DNA of 64,000 bases from NCBI GenBank assembly GCA_964035545.1, contig OZ037768.1, positions 8,402,741 through 8,466,740 on the forward strand. Reading direction: 5' to 3'. The notes below the pieces were generated by a model. It did no database searches, had not been told where the DNA came from, and saw nothing but the letters and a program-made list of their open reading frames with translations. The DNA is from Bugula neritina. Lineage: Eukaryota; Animalia; Bryozoa. This document shows, in pieces, positions 12,815 to 47,000 of the stretch (position 1 is the stretch's first letter; every line of letters begins with the position of its first letter). The position numbers were made by a program, and so were the translations under genes.

Positions 12815-14746
12815 ATGTCTTTACACAGAAGTAGCGTCATAATAAAATACTTTCTAGCTCTTATTCTATCAGTTTCTCAGGCATCAAAAGTTCTACATTA
12901 CAGCCGTGATGTGCATTTAATTGAGCATGCTGTTGATTTGGACACCATTACTTTTGACAAGGTAAAAGAAAAATTATCACTTGCTCTAAGCTGCATGTAG
13001 TATAATTTTTCATCTTGAGTTTGCTTCACAAAAGAAGCTGACTGTATCAACAATTGTAAGCTGCAATATTTACTGTCAACATTTAGATTAGTTGCTGCTT
13101 AAACAGAAATGCTGTGAGTGATGCTGTGTTTCAGGTTGTCTCAAATCAAAATGTAACAGTCGTCTTGTTTATGCATTACCTGGCATCTGGAGTTGTCAAC
13201 ACAGAGTTTAAGAATTTTGCTGAGAGTACCGGCACTCAACCTGAAGTGATTGCTGCTACGGTTCCAATATTAGGTAAAGGACTATCAATACTTTTAAAAA
13301 ATGAATAGAAAAATCCCAATATCCTTGCTCTCTACCCTTATAATATTTCGAAGTTATGAAGTAACTGAAAACAATATTGCTAAATGCAAGGAGTTTGAAA
13401 TGCAGCATACACTGCAGAGTTGCTAGTGTGTGTGTATGTATATAGGCAAGTTGAGATTTAAATCCCTTTCTAATTTTTATTTTAATAGTATATAAGAAAA
13501 TTTTTTGGGCAGAAAGTAGTTAGTAGTTCAAACATTGAAGTATCTTGAGCATAAACATTTAAAGATTTCTAAATTACAATTGCAATGTGGTTTACAGATG
13601 GTGGTCATCAAGAGAATTGGGAAATAGCGCAAAGGTTCAACTTATCCATGGATCAGTTACCAGTAATCAAAGTGTTTGTTAGAGGGAAGGAAGTTGCTCA
13701 CATGGAGGAGGTAACAAACTGCGATGATATCAGACAGCTGGTTCGAGAACATACAGGTAAATTTATTATAAGAATAATTTAAAGAAATTATACTATTACT
13801 AAAACCTGTTTTCGAACATTCCCATTTGTTTAATATTGGAACTTTAACTTGATATGAGAAGTAGTTCAATAACTACTCAAATGAATAAAGATGTGTGCTA
13901 ACTACAGCTAGCTGCTGTGCATTACTTCATATCTAAATCATTGCTAATATTACTACAGTACATCGTGTTAGACAAAAGAGGTAGGTGCCATAATGGAGAA
14001 ATTTAGAAAAGCCTGTGTTCTGGATTAGAAATGTAGCAAAAGTTATGTTCTCACAAGAATTTCAACCTGTGCTCCAAAGAAAAATTTATAAAGAAATCTC
14101 CACCACTGCTCCTAAATGAGACAAAAGACTTGCATTGAAGAATAAATAGCATATAAGTTGAGGGGTAAATGCCATATTATAGGACTATGGATTGGTAGAC
14201 CTGGAACACTGCAGTACTTGGATGAATTGGTTAATGAATTTATGAAGACTGGGCAAGAAAAGAGAAGAGAGGAAATTATAGAGCTAGCCAGACAGTTTAG
14301 GGACGACGAATCTATCAGCGATGAGCATTTCAAGTCCGCAACATACTATGTTCGGATATTTGTAAGTAGAATAATATAGGTACTGTAATTTTTATAGCTT
14401 AAACTACAGCTGCAAGCATCTGGAAATAAGATAAGTTGAATTTGGAGCTCTGATTGGAGCATTACAAGATTCCTTGATTAGATAGAGTTACATAAGGTGC
14501 TTTAGACAGTTTAGTCTCAAGAATTTTTATTGGACGGTGCGTCAAATTATCTGATGTTATTCTCTTGCATAGGAGGAGTTTATGAAGCAGGGGCCAGCCT
14601 TTATAGGCATGGAGGATGGAAGAGTAAAGGTGCTGAGAGCCAGGCATAAGACACACAAGGAAAATCATTGCGGGATACTGAAGCAACTCAACATTCTCAG
14701 AACATTCCAGCAACTCAAAGTACACATGCCTCATGACGAACTGTAG
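12815..14746 (+). CDS. ERP29: ERp29/Windbeutel-like ER-resident protein
   Basis: Exons 12815-12961, 13135-13273, 13598-13756, 14183-14361, 14573-14746. Hydrophobic signal peptide, LDTITFDKVV, ENWEIAQRF...LPVIKVF thioredoxin-like b domain without CxxC, helical D domain (SATYYVRIF, LNILRTF), C-terminal HDEL-stop. Confidence 0.85.
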
Positions 14747-15399
14747 AAGCCACAACGTGGTCGATCACATGTACTGTTTCGACACGAGAAATAGACAAGA
14801 GAAGACAACTCCTCACCATTATAATATACTTTTATTATCCTATGTGGCACAGTAGTCTTTGATTTATTCACTTCACAATTTGCACACAACTAGGATTTTC
14901 ATCTAGGAAGCTAACATATTATATGCACTGCTTATGCCTTATAAGACTACCATGGCCAAGTAGAAATATGATTTTTAATCTCTAGCCAAGTTACTATGCA
15001 CAGTCATTTACCATTGCTCATCCAGCAAAGTTCAAATAATTGCACTTACCATGGTTATTGTAATATGTTCATATTATTTATTTTTAGATTGAGATAAAAC
15101 ATTGTATACTATTGATTGAGAAAATGTCAAATGTTTACACATGACACGCAAAATCAATATGAGTATATAAACTTGTAATCTTTTTTTACCAAAATAATTT
15201 TACAATACTAAAAAATGACTATAAATATGATACAGATCACTGAGAAACATTAAAAAACTAATCACAAACTGAGATTGAAAATTGGACTAGCATACCTCGC
15301 GTCTCCAATGGGAGTTAGAGAAACAAATAATGGAGTCTAAGTATGAGATGATTTAAAAATGAAACCTGCTATACTAAAAGCTGGCAGACACACATAGAG

Positions 15400-18300
15400 T
15401 TAGCTGTCTCCGTGTGCACCAACTGTTAACTTGTCTAACTTTTTAGACACATCATCTGTAGTTGTGTCCTCGGCCGGTTTTTGGTTCTCTTTTTCCTCTT
15501 TATCCTCTGAAATACAATTCAAGTATTGGCCAGCTAACGCCATAAAAGTGAACACTCTATCGCTTTAGAAATATCAGCTTTACGTTGATTAAATTATAGT
15601 AGCACACGATAACGTTTACTGAAAAAGAGGCAGCCCATTTGCTAAAAATGAAATATAACCAATAACCAATAATAAATATTCACATCTTTACTAGTTAATT
15701 TTACTTTAAAATACTTCGAATGAGTTCTTACCTTTATCCATCATCAAGCATCAATTTTTATTTGTTATAAAATATTTACAGTTAAAATTTTAGATCAGGT
15801 TTTGCTGCAAGTAAAATTGAAAACATAAACACAAATGTGGGATTTCCACTAGCTACATGTTTTCAACAATGTATGAGCCAACACACACATTTACAAGCAA
15901 CAGAATTGGTGCAAAATGTAGATAGAAGTATGTGATAGTTACAATATACCCATAAAGCATAGCAACAGCACAGCCCACGTTGGCATAGCAAGCATCACAA
16001 AGTGCAGAACAAATATTGAAATCAACATACCAGTTTTTTTAAAATCCACATCAGTTAAGCTTGCTTGTAACTCTTCAAATTTTTCTCGGAATTTACGAGC
16101 ACCTATAAATGTAACCTATAATGTTCATCACTTGTAAACAGAGACAATTATGAACATTTAATAAGCGTGTAGTGTAGCATCATTGGTTATCATCATTAGA
16201 TAACGCACAGAAAAACATTACATCACATCAACCTACTGTTTAAAAGTCAAAATTTAATGATATATTTTCACAAGTATTCTGAAAGTATCCTGTATTGTTT
16301 TGAGTAATTGCCGAGTAGGATCACACTGTTGTGAGTTTAAATGGCGAAGTGACACACTCAGTAAAAGAGCTAATTATAGTCTACTGAAAAGCCACTGCCT
16401 ATAAAAAAGCTGTTGCTGAACACAGGTGGTAATTTTATTCCCTTATGAGATATAGCTGCTGCCTTCACCTCAAAACCATGTGACATTACTCAAAATATCG
16501 CCGATGTGATCCTAATTTAAATACAGTCACACTAATAACTTTAAAAATATAAGAATGGCGAAAAGCAAAGAGTAAAGATAACTGACCGTCTGAATCTCTA
16601 AACCGAATGGCAAACAATTCCTGTTTGGGCTCTTCATCTGCAAAATCAGCCAGTGTAGTCCACACAAACGCCCGGTCAGAACTGGCGTGTGATTTCAACT
16701 TCATTGCTTTAGTTACTACATAAATTATACACCATGTCATCACTATTACTTTTATAATTAAAAACAAAGCTGGTACAAAACATTATATTAAGAGAACTTG
16801 AGGGGTACACTTCTTAGTATAGGATATATATAGAATAAGCAACGCAGTCATGGCCAGCATAACACTTTAAAGTCTCAAGTATTGCTAAAACAAGGGCCTG
16901 AAAGTTGCAAAAAATGTGTGACATGAGAGTTGTAGCTTATTTACCTATCTAGGTTAATCTTAGATGTATTTTTAGTTTGTTTTAGTAACATTTGTAGCAA
17001 TAGACATAGCCAGTATTTTAAAATTCACAATTATTCTATTAAAAAAAAACAAAAACCTACTTACAATTTCTTAACTTATGATTCCTGCCAGTTATATTTA
17101 GTTCAAATATTTAGCTTACAAAAGTGATTGCAGCAAATTTTTAGCACTTTATCTCTTCTCATAACTAAACGAATACGGGGCAATTCTTTGTGTTTGAGTA
17201 TTCGTATATCACCAACACCTCTTTCTTTCCATTCAGCCGGGTCAGCTACACTGTCAAATCTAAACAATTTAGCCCGTCTACAAGTAGATACAGCATACAG
17301 ATTACAGGGTGAAGATAGTCAACATGCCTTTTAAATACTTTGTTTATAGCATTATCAGAAATCAGTATGAATTATATCAAGTTAGTTAGTATGTCAGAAG
17401 TTTCAAAGTAAAGCATGAGCATTATTTCAACTCATCGCTTACATGACATAGACTATAAGCGAGATCATTTACTAACATTGTAAATATTTCTTCCTCGTCA
17501 TCCTCTAGAGTATTGATAACAACAGGTGCCAACTGCACTACTGGCTTAAAATGAATATCTGCTTCAGCTTCTGGGTTGTTTTCCTAACATGAAAGCAATG
17601 CAATTATCAATGTGCAACAAATATAGGCTCAATATAGACTCTTTCATTCAAAAGTCATGCAGTATGGTTATGAGTATCAATAGTGGTTGGTTCCAGTGAA
17701 TTTAGTATAACATTAACTACTTACAAGTTCGGAAATTGAAATCATATTTATTTATATTAGACACTGATTTAAAGTTTAAATTGGTAGCTAATTAGTGGTT
17801 ATGATACCCTTTAAGTTTAAGTTTAACTCTAAGTTTAAATCAAAGGGCACCATAACCACTAATTTGCTACAAACTAACTCAGTAAGTGTAACTCACTAAC
17901 TGTAAGACCCAAGGCTAAAGCTACAATTAATGTTACACTTACAGTTAGTCATAGTGCTACAAGTACCTACAAGTACAAGTACACCTACAGTTGGAATTAC
18001 TGAGTTTAACTTTAACATTTGTCTTTTTAGTTTTACCAATTTTATTTTATTCATATTGGCTGATGGCTAAGAGTAATAGTAATACTAATTGCGTTGAACT
18101 GAAGAGTTAAAATTTAAATTAAATTTAATGTTATAAAATAAAAATGTTTCTGATAATTTTCTTCGACTTTCAAAATTAGCAATTAACATTATGGTTCTCA
18201 TAACTCTTTTTAGATTTTCAAATGAAAACATTCTATAGCCACAGTCGTGTTTATATTTTGTTGAGCCATTGCCATGTCAAACTCAATTATAATGATAATT

Positions 18301-18445
18301 ATAATTAATCAGAACGTCGATGATAATCATAATGTGCTAAACCCTGCAACTAAAAGTAAGTCTAACCAAATTGCATACAGAAACAAATTGCTTAGTTATA
18401 TTAACTGATGATCAAATAAATACAACTTACATGATCATCAGCCAT
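15400..18445 (-). CDS. RANBP1: Ran-specific GTPase-activating protein / Ran-binding protein 1
   Basis: Exons 18445-18431, 17583-17477, 17277-17120, 16715-16587, 16102-16031, 15506-15400. RanBD motifs [59 protein letters not shown]; C-terminal NES-like KKLDKLTV. Confidence 0.95.
17784..17870. repeat. Inverted repeat, 29-bp arms, in RanBP1 intron 1
   Basis: gtagctaattagtggttatgatacccttt (17784-17812) versus aaagggcaccataaccactaatttgctac (17842-17870); 26/29 complementary. Confidence 0.8.
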
Positions 18446-20625
18446 TGTAATGGTTTAATGCTTTAGATGTGTTAGATTAAATTATTACATCTGCTTGCAT
18501 TCATGCATTTAGTTTAAAGTGGGCATTTTATTTTCCTCCAGTAGTAAAACGTTTCTACGAAACAAATGTGCAATTTAGCACACACAAAATATTTTGTTTT
18601 ATTACTTTTGCAAAATATTGTGTGTTTATTTTATTGTAACAAAAAATTAATCCAAGTATTTTAAAAATTAACACTGATGAAAAAAGTGGTGCAGTGTGAG
18701 TGTATCGAAATTTTAGAAAACAATCGAGGATATTATAATAATTCTTCTAAACTTCCGTTCTAGTACTATTATCAGCAATAATATTAATATAATTCAGTTT
18801 TATTAATGGTTAATCATAATGACAATAATATATGTTTGACTCATTACTCAAAATGAATAGAATCAATGTTCTGTTATATTAATTGATGACTTAAGTTTGT
18901 TTGTCATTCTATTTATTGCTAATTGCGCTACACTTACACAGTTACTTCACTTACTAGTTACTAGTTACTAGTTAGACTTAGAGTTAGTGTTACACTCCTA
19001 ATCTAATCATTAGATTAGGCTAATGGCTAATACTAATGTAATATTAATAGTATAAGTAATAGTATACCATGTATAATAGTAATACTAATAGGCAGTATCT
19101 ATGAATATCTATGAATCTAGTTCTATTTCTTAGTTATTGTGATAAGTGATAGTCATGGTCATGGTGTTACACTTACAGTTAGTGTTACTCTTAAAGTTAA
19201 ACTTAATGGTATTCCAACACTTACAGTTGCCTGTTGGCTGTTATTCTAAGAGTAAGTTAGACTTGGAGTCTAAGTCTACTAGTACTAGCATTAGTTATTA
19301 GTTATTAGTTATTATTAATGTTAATATTAAGTTTAATATTTGTAAAAATATTTAGTTAGTGATATAATAATATCAATTATTGAATCATAAAATTAAATGT
19401 AATTAATGATTATTGTTCTTTTAATATTATATCTTTATGATACTAAATATTGTAGTAACACTAACTGTTACTGCAACTGCAAGACTAAGATAACAAAACA
19501 TATTATTTATCACTAAGTTTAATTACTAAATAAATTGAACTTGTTTGAGAGCATCTAATTTAAAGCTACTCTATTCATGAATTATGAATAGCATTGCATG
19601 ATTGTGATCATGAAACTGAAAGTAAAAACCAAAGGGAAAAGTAGTTAAACTTGATTACTATTAAACTAAGAGTCACTCAATAGATTTAGTGTTTTTTATT
19701 ATTGGCTTTAGGTCAAGCAAGTTGAAGTAATTTTAAATTGTATTTAGTCACAGTCTTATTTTTGGTTTTTATTTATAAAACACGGTTTCAATTGATTTAT
19801 ATGTGTAGGTTCCTCTCATTTTTGATGATTGCATTATGACAGTTGTGAGATTTAGATCAATTTAAAAATTAATAGTAATTGTATAAATATCTTGTATGAC
19901 AATGACTAGTAAATTAATTGTGAAATATTATTAAATAATAACATATTGAGTCCTAAAGCATATATTTTACTATTTATTACTATAATAAAATTTAGCCTAC
20001 ATCTGTCAAATCTTAGACTAAGTAGTAAGCACAATTACACATAATAGTTATATTTACAGTACTACCAAGCTTTAATTATGGCTCCTAGTAACATTTTTGC
20101 ATATATTTGTACATTGCAAGTTTCATAAATGGTTTTAATTAAGTTTTTGTCTGTATAGATACTCATTCAAACTGTGTATAAGATACTAAAACTCATGACG
20201 AAGCATTATTGTGGAAGAATAAGAATTTAATAATAATTCAGTAATTGTATATATTTTGTTGTTTCATTAACCGGCTAATCTTACAACTAAATACTGGCAT
20301 GTCAATAAATAAATTATTTACATAAATATAGCCGATTGGTAATAAAAATTTTTGCAGGTTATCATGCATTACAGCAGCTATCTGTTTGACATTATGTTGG
20401 TGAATTGTATTTTCTAGGCCCATAGCAAGATGTATAATTTATAGCATAATTTATCAAAGAGATTTTTCGTTTTACATGCTACCATTTTATCTACATGAAC
20501 GTAATGGAAACTATCATTTTAACCATTTATTTTTAATCTTTCTTAAAATATGATTTGTTTAATATTAATCATTGGTGTTTGATGCTAGCTGAAAGTCCTT
20601 TCCAAATATTTTGTAGCATTCTGGC

Positions 20626-41807
<21,182 letters not shown>

Positions 41808-42997
41808 TCCCCATTAAACTTTGTATACTTACCTGGTCATTGTTGTATTTCAGTGATGAATATTTTGATTATTTTACTACCAGAATTTTTGTCTAGAATA
41901 TATATATTTGAATTAGTTGCATTTTTTATGATAATTATATGAATGAAAATAGGAGCTGTAAAGCTATTCTCAATCTTCAAACAAGATTGAAAATAATTTT
42001 ATTTTGTTCTAAGATTTTATAAGGAGATTCCTTTATTTTATTAATAGATGCAATCAAATTTTCTCATTCTAGAACATGCCACTGCAATATTTTTATATAA
42101 CATTTGCCATACCCATTATTTATTAGTACATAATAAATAATATTATGCTGTTATAATCTCCTCTGCTATCTTTATTCGGTGCAACACAACATGTTTTACT
42201 ATATAATTTGTCAACAAAATTGTGTGTTTTTTATTTATATAAAAAAGAGAGGTAATACACTTATTCAAAAGATATATTCATTCTTGCTCAACACAACGAC
42301 CACAGCTGCAATCATATTAGAAAAAATATAGTATATCTTTATAATATATAAGTTTTTTTGTAAGAATACATATCATTATTTCTTTGTGACATGTTAAATT
42401 TTAGGCTCATCTTATGTTAATGCATTAATTAATATACAGCATGTGATTCAGGTTTTGTATTGGGCTAATCTAGTTTTTCAGCGATGATAAGCAGTTGCAC
42501 CAATAGATTATTGTATACCCAGCACAGATAGAATGTATTATAGAATATCAGAAGATATCATTTCCAAGTTTAGTTTCTGTATTCCGTAGTTTCAAAGACT
42601 TTTCCATTTAAAACATACCTTCATCACAGTTTGTTGGTGCACGCCTGGTGCAATACATGCAAACCTTCATTTGGTTATCGCAAGGCTTATAATTAAGTTA
42701 GTCTAATTACAATTCTGAAAAAGAGTTTCAATCATTTATTATAAAATGGGCTATAAATAACCAAACTAAAATAAAGTTACTTTAATAACTTTTGAGTTAA
42801 TTATTAGTGATAAATTTGATTTAAGGGGTCATCTTTATTTAAAATTATAGCACAAATTCATCGTTACAGCAAGCAGTTGTCCTACCTAATGGGAATACAC
42901 GTTTTGAGCATTATTATAATATTATAACAACATAGTAATGGTGACTAGTAACAATTCAGAGTCTATAGCGATGATGAAACACGAGGAAGCATTAAGC

Positions 42998-45900
42998 TTA
43001 AAGGTTAAAGTTTTGTTTCGCTGACTTATGCGATCTCAGTGTGGTAGCGGGGTGAGAGTGCGCTGACGCCTGGTCTACCACATAGACAGGTTGGACTGCA
43101 TGGTTGGGGTGAACTCTCTGCACATACTGCACTCCTGATGCTTGGTCGTCATCTATCATGTAGGCTTTCTTGGCTACCTTTTCAGATGCTACAACACACG
43201 GCATTCAACACTTATATAGTTTTCAACACTTATATAGTATTCAACACTTGCATTATATTCAACACCCACACAGCAATACTATTACAATAGTGGTTATGGC
43301 ATAGTAAAAATATAATATCACAGCATATTACATATCATATTGAAATGAGTTCTTTTTAATAGAACAAACATAATATTATATAGTATAGTAAATATGTGTA
43401 ACAATCGACTTATACAAATATTGTCAGATTGCATGCAAACTGAAGCCACAAAAGTAATTCAGATATAACAAAATACTTGTGAATGTACTGTGCAGTGTAT
43501 TATACGTTGTACAGTATGTATTCAAATAGTGTTCTGGCAAATTTAGATACCATGGTAATAGCTGCTACGTAATGTTATCTTCTATGGCTTCACCATGGTA
43601 AATAATCAAAATCTATGAGGCATGCTGCAAATACTTCATTCGATGCGCAGTTGCTAATGGCAACAGTGGTGATATAATTTGCTGTACTGTAGAATATATT
43701 GTAGATTTTGACAAAAATTGTAACTTTTGGTAAAAAATATAATAAAAAAGCATTGCATAGTTGTTTCTATTTATTATTTATTCTTATATATATGGCTTCT
43801 TGTTATTGATGTTAAAAACTGTTTCATGTACTCATGTGATGGACACTGGTGTTTTTTCTCAGGCCAGTGACATGGTTATACATACACAACTTACATTGCC
43901 AAGGCAGAAGTTTAACTTGTCTGTAAGCAAGAACAAACGCAAGTATTGCCAATACAATTGCGTCAAATATGCTGATGATGGCCAGGTAGTAGGTCCACTG
44001 GATGTAGCATTTGCCAGAGACGTATGAGTCAGACTGACAAAGTTGCTGCACAACATCTGCACTCCATCCTCCCGGGTAAATCACACACGCCAGAAACATA
44101 AACAACGCTGCAATGGAAGCACGACAAAAGTAAATTTTCAGAAAATTGATAAAAAAGTAATCGACTGAAAAAAAATTATACTATTTTCAGCTATAGATGC
44201 TAAATATATGATATGTATTCTAGCCAAAGTAATTAAGTTAGTAGTTATATAATATTATATATACATATATAGCATCTTTACAATAAATAATAGTTGCTAG
44301 ATGCCTCACTCACTCAAACATGGATAATCAGTATAGGTGCATGAAGTCAAGTATTGTTATTCACTATTTCTATTATAATAGAATATATTATTTCGCATAT
44401 CTTCCAGACTACAAATCTATAATATTTTATATTTGAGTGTTATGTAAGATAATGCTTTTAAAGCACAAGTATGAAGTATCCAAAACTACTATTACAAGGG
44501 AGTCATACTGCCCTGTAGTGTTTTATATGTAAAGTAAACAGAGAGTAGCCTGTGTACAAATAAAAATTCAATACATTGCAAACAACCTTTCCTCTGTACT
44601 AAGTAGCTATACAGCTAGTCTGTGCTACCAAAATACAAAGTCTGAGAACTAAAATTCTATTAGATTTTAATAAAACTGGGTGCATTGCAAAATATTCAAA
44701 GCTTAAGCAATTGATGCTGTTTATAGGGTGTTATAATGCTTTGCTAAGCAAAACTTTATGCAGTTCTAACATGGCAGAAATCTAAAAACATAACGAAAAT
44801 AATTTATTCTTGTCAGCCTTTGTTAGGCAACAAAAGTGATTCATTGATGCAGAAAATAGTTCATGCTTAGTAACTGCATCACCTTTGTAATCCCGCACCT
44901 ATGGGTAGTTTGGTGTAGTATTACTTATAGATATGATCAACCTTTCTATAGTTGGGTTTGTACTTGTTACATCACTATAAGTAGGTTTTTGTCACTGAAA
45001 AGTAGGAATGTTCATTGGCAAACAAAATGAAGCCTTAAATTTGCAATGTAGCTGCTTTTAGAGGTTACTTTTAAAACTCTATTAGCTAAACACAAGCATA
45101 TAAAAACAGTCGATTAAATCTAAAAAATGTCATTTCATCCAATGCAACTATGATGTATATATGCTTCTACATACGTAATAATGGCATATAGAATGTAAAA
45201 TAATAAATCCTTTTATTTATGATTCAAGTATACTGGGATTTTTGTTACTCAAATTCACACAGATATCATGATTTTCATTTTTCTTTCTTTAGAATTTAAT
45301 TAAAATAATTATGCTTTACCCTTTAAGTTTTTATTTATTTACTTTCTTGTTTAAATTGTCTTTTTTTCAGGATCTGGCAATTAATTTTATTTTCAAAATG
45401 CAGTGTTCAATAATTAAATTAGAAGAATATTGTGCAGGTAAAATAACTTCACTTTTTAAGCCCTGTGTCAGCAATCATCATGTTAAAGAAATGGCCTTCT
45501 TATCTTTGCTGGTATACACTCAAGTTAATGGAGCTTTTTCAACTGTTTAATTGTTGCAATTTAGAAAAATCATTAAAGTTTAGCTTACCATTAAATACAA
45601 GGATCCAGCCGCATATGATGAACACAATCTTGTGTGAGACACACATAAAGAGGAAGAAGCAGAAGACGCAGATAATAGTCAGCAAAACTGTCAATCCAAC
45701 AAATATAGTTGCGGCTTGAAAGGAGGCTGACGGGATCTGAGCCAGATCCAGAAATTGTCCTCTCTCTATGATTTGGTTGTCTTCGTTAATGTAGTATCGC
45801 CATAGACCAAAGTATCCTTGGCCAGGGGCATCTCTCTGCGTGCCCAACCACGTAGGTTGTATCAAACAGACCAGAGCTATGATCAGGAAGCACAGCACCA

Positions 45901-46006
45901 GCACAGCCCACATTACAGCAATAGCTCTGCTGTAAGTAACATACTTTGAGTGATAGTATTTTACTCTTTCATCTCCTGTCTCCGGTTTGCTGTTATTTTT
46001 ACCCAT
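42998..46006 (-). CDS. LHFPL/TMHS-family tetraspan membrane protein (LHFPL3/4/5-like)
   Basis: Exons 46006-45589, 44107-43895, 43188-42998, phases consistent. Motifs SRAIAVMWAV, QPTWLG, GYFGLWRY, IPSASFQAATIFVG, VFIICGW, IYPGGW..VQQLC, YVSGKCYIQWTYYLAIISIFDA; four hydrophobic segments. Confidence 0.92.
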
Positions 46007-46507
46007 TCTTGCTCAGTTTAAACAATGATTTGAAATAACTCAACTAAATTATACCACGAATTCAGTCTGTACAGAGTCAGGTTTGCTGATTCTAGTTCTC
46101 AGGTAGCAACTTTTGTACTGTAAGTATTGATTCATGCGACACAATAGTCTTATCCGTATAATCTTATTCTGCATTGAGAACCAAAGCTCCGCCCATTTTA
46201 ATTTGTTGTCCAAACAAGTCTCAATGTAGGTGAATACAACTTCTAATTACAAACAGGAACTACTGATATACTTATATTTAAATTGTCCATAAGCCAGAAT
46301 TTTAGAATGCAACCAGTTTTAAAGTCATGTAACCTAAAATCTAAATTAATTGTATATAACCTTTAGAGGCAGTTTTTAATGAAAAGTGAATTAAAGTTAT
46401 ACTGAGTTTCTGAGTTTTATAAATAGTTGCAACCACTAAGCTGTAAAACTTGGATAATATTATTGAGTTCATTGGCTGCAACTTTGTGGACAAAGAAAAA
46501 AACGGTT

Positions 46508-47000
46508 TCATCCCAGTTAGACACTTCCCACTTGGGCACTTCTCACTTGGACACTTCCTAATTAGACGCTTCCCAGTTGGACACTATTTTTTATTTTGGT
46601 ACAATATATATAGTAATACTAATGTACCTATAATATATACCTGTATAACTATTGTATTGATTGCTAAACATAAAATAATAGTTAATATAAATTGTTTGGA
46701 ATAATATTCCAATTTTCATGGATTTGTGTGGGACAAAAAAAGCAGTGCATTGTCTTTTATCAATACTTCTTATTGAAATATAATTTTTTTCAAACAACAA
46801 GAAGTATAAAAAAAGCAAAATTGATAAGTTAATGCAGATCAAAGGAATTTATTTATGTGCTAAATAACAAATAATTGATCCAAATTTATTTAAATATACA
46901 TATATTTCAATAATACTCAGATAAATTGCACATAAAATACATATATTGTATCAAAATAAATAAATAGCGTCTATAACTGGGAAGCGTCCATATGGGATGA
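46508..47000. mobile_element. Non-autonomous DNA element (MITE/foldback-like) with inverted arrays of 15-bp subterminal repeats
   Basis: Left: tca plus five units tcccagttggacact-like (46511-46585) plus attt. Right end in reverse complement: tca tcccatatggacgct tcccagttatagacgct attt (46962-47000). AT-rich interior. Confidence 0.7.

Noticed and set aside
46450-46704. ORF with GHF repeats, or a CRISPR-like array
   Set aside because: Contiguous 15-bp tandem units with no spacers, part of a transposon-like end; eukaryotic context
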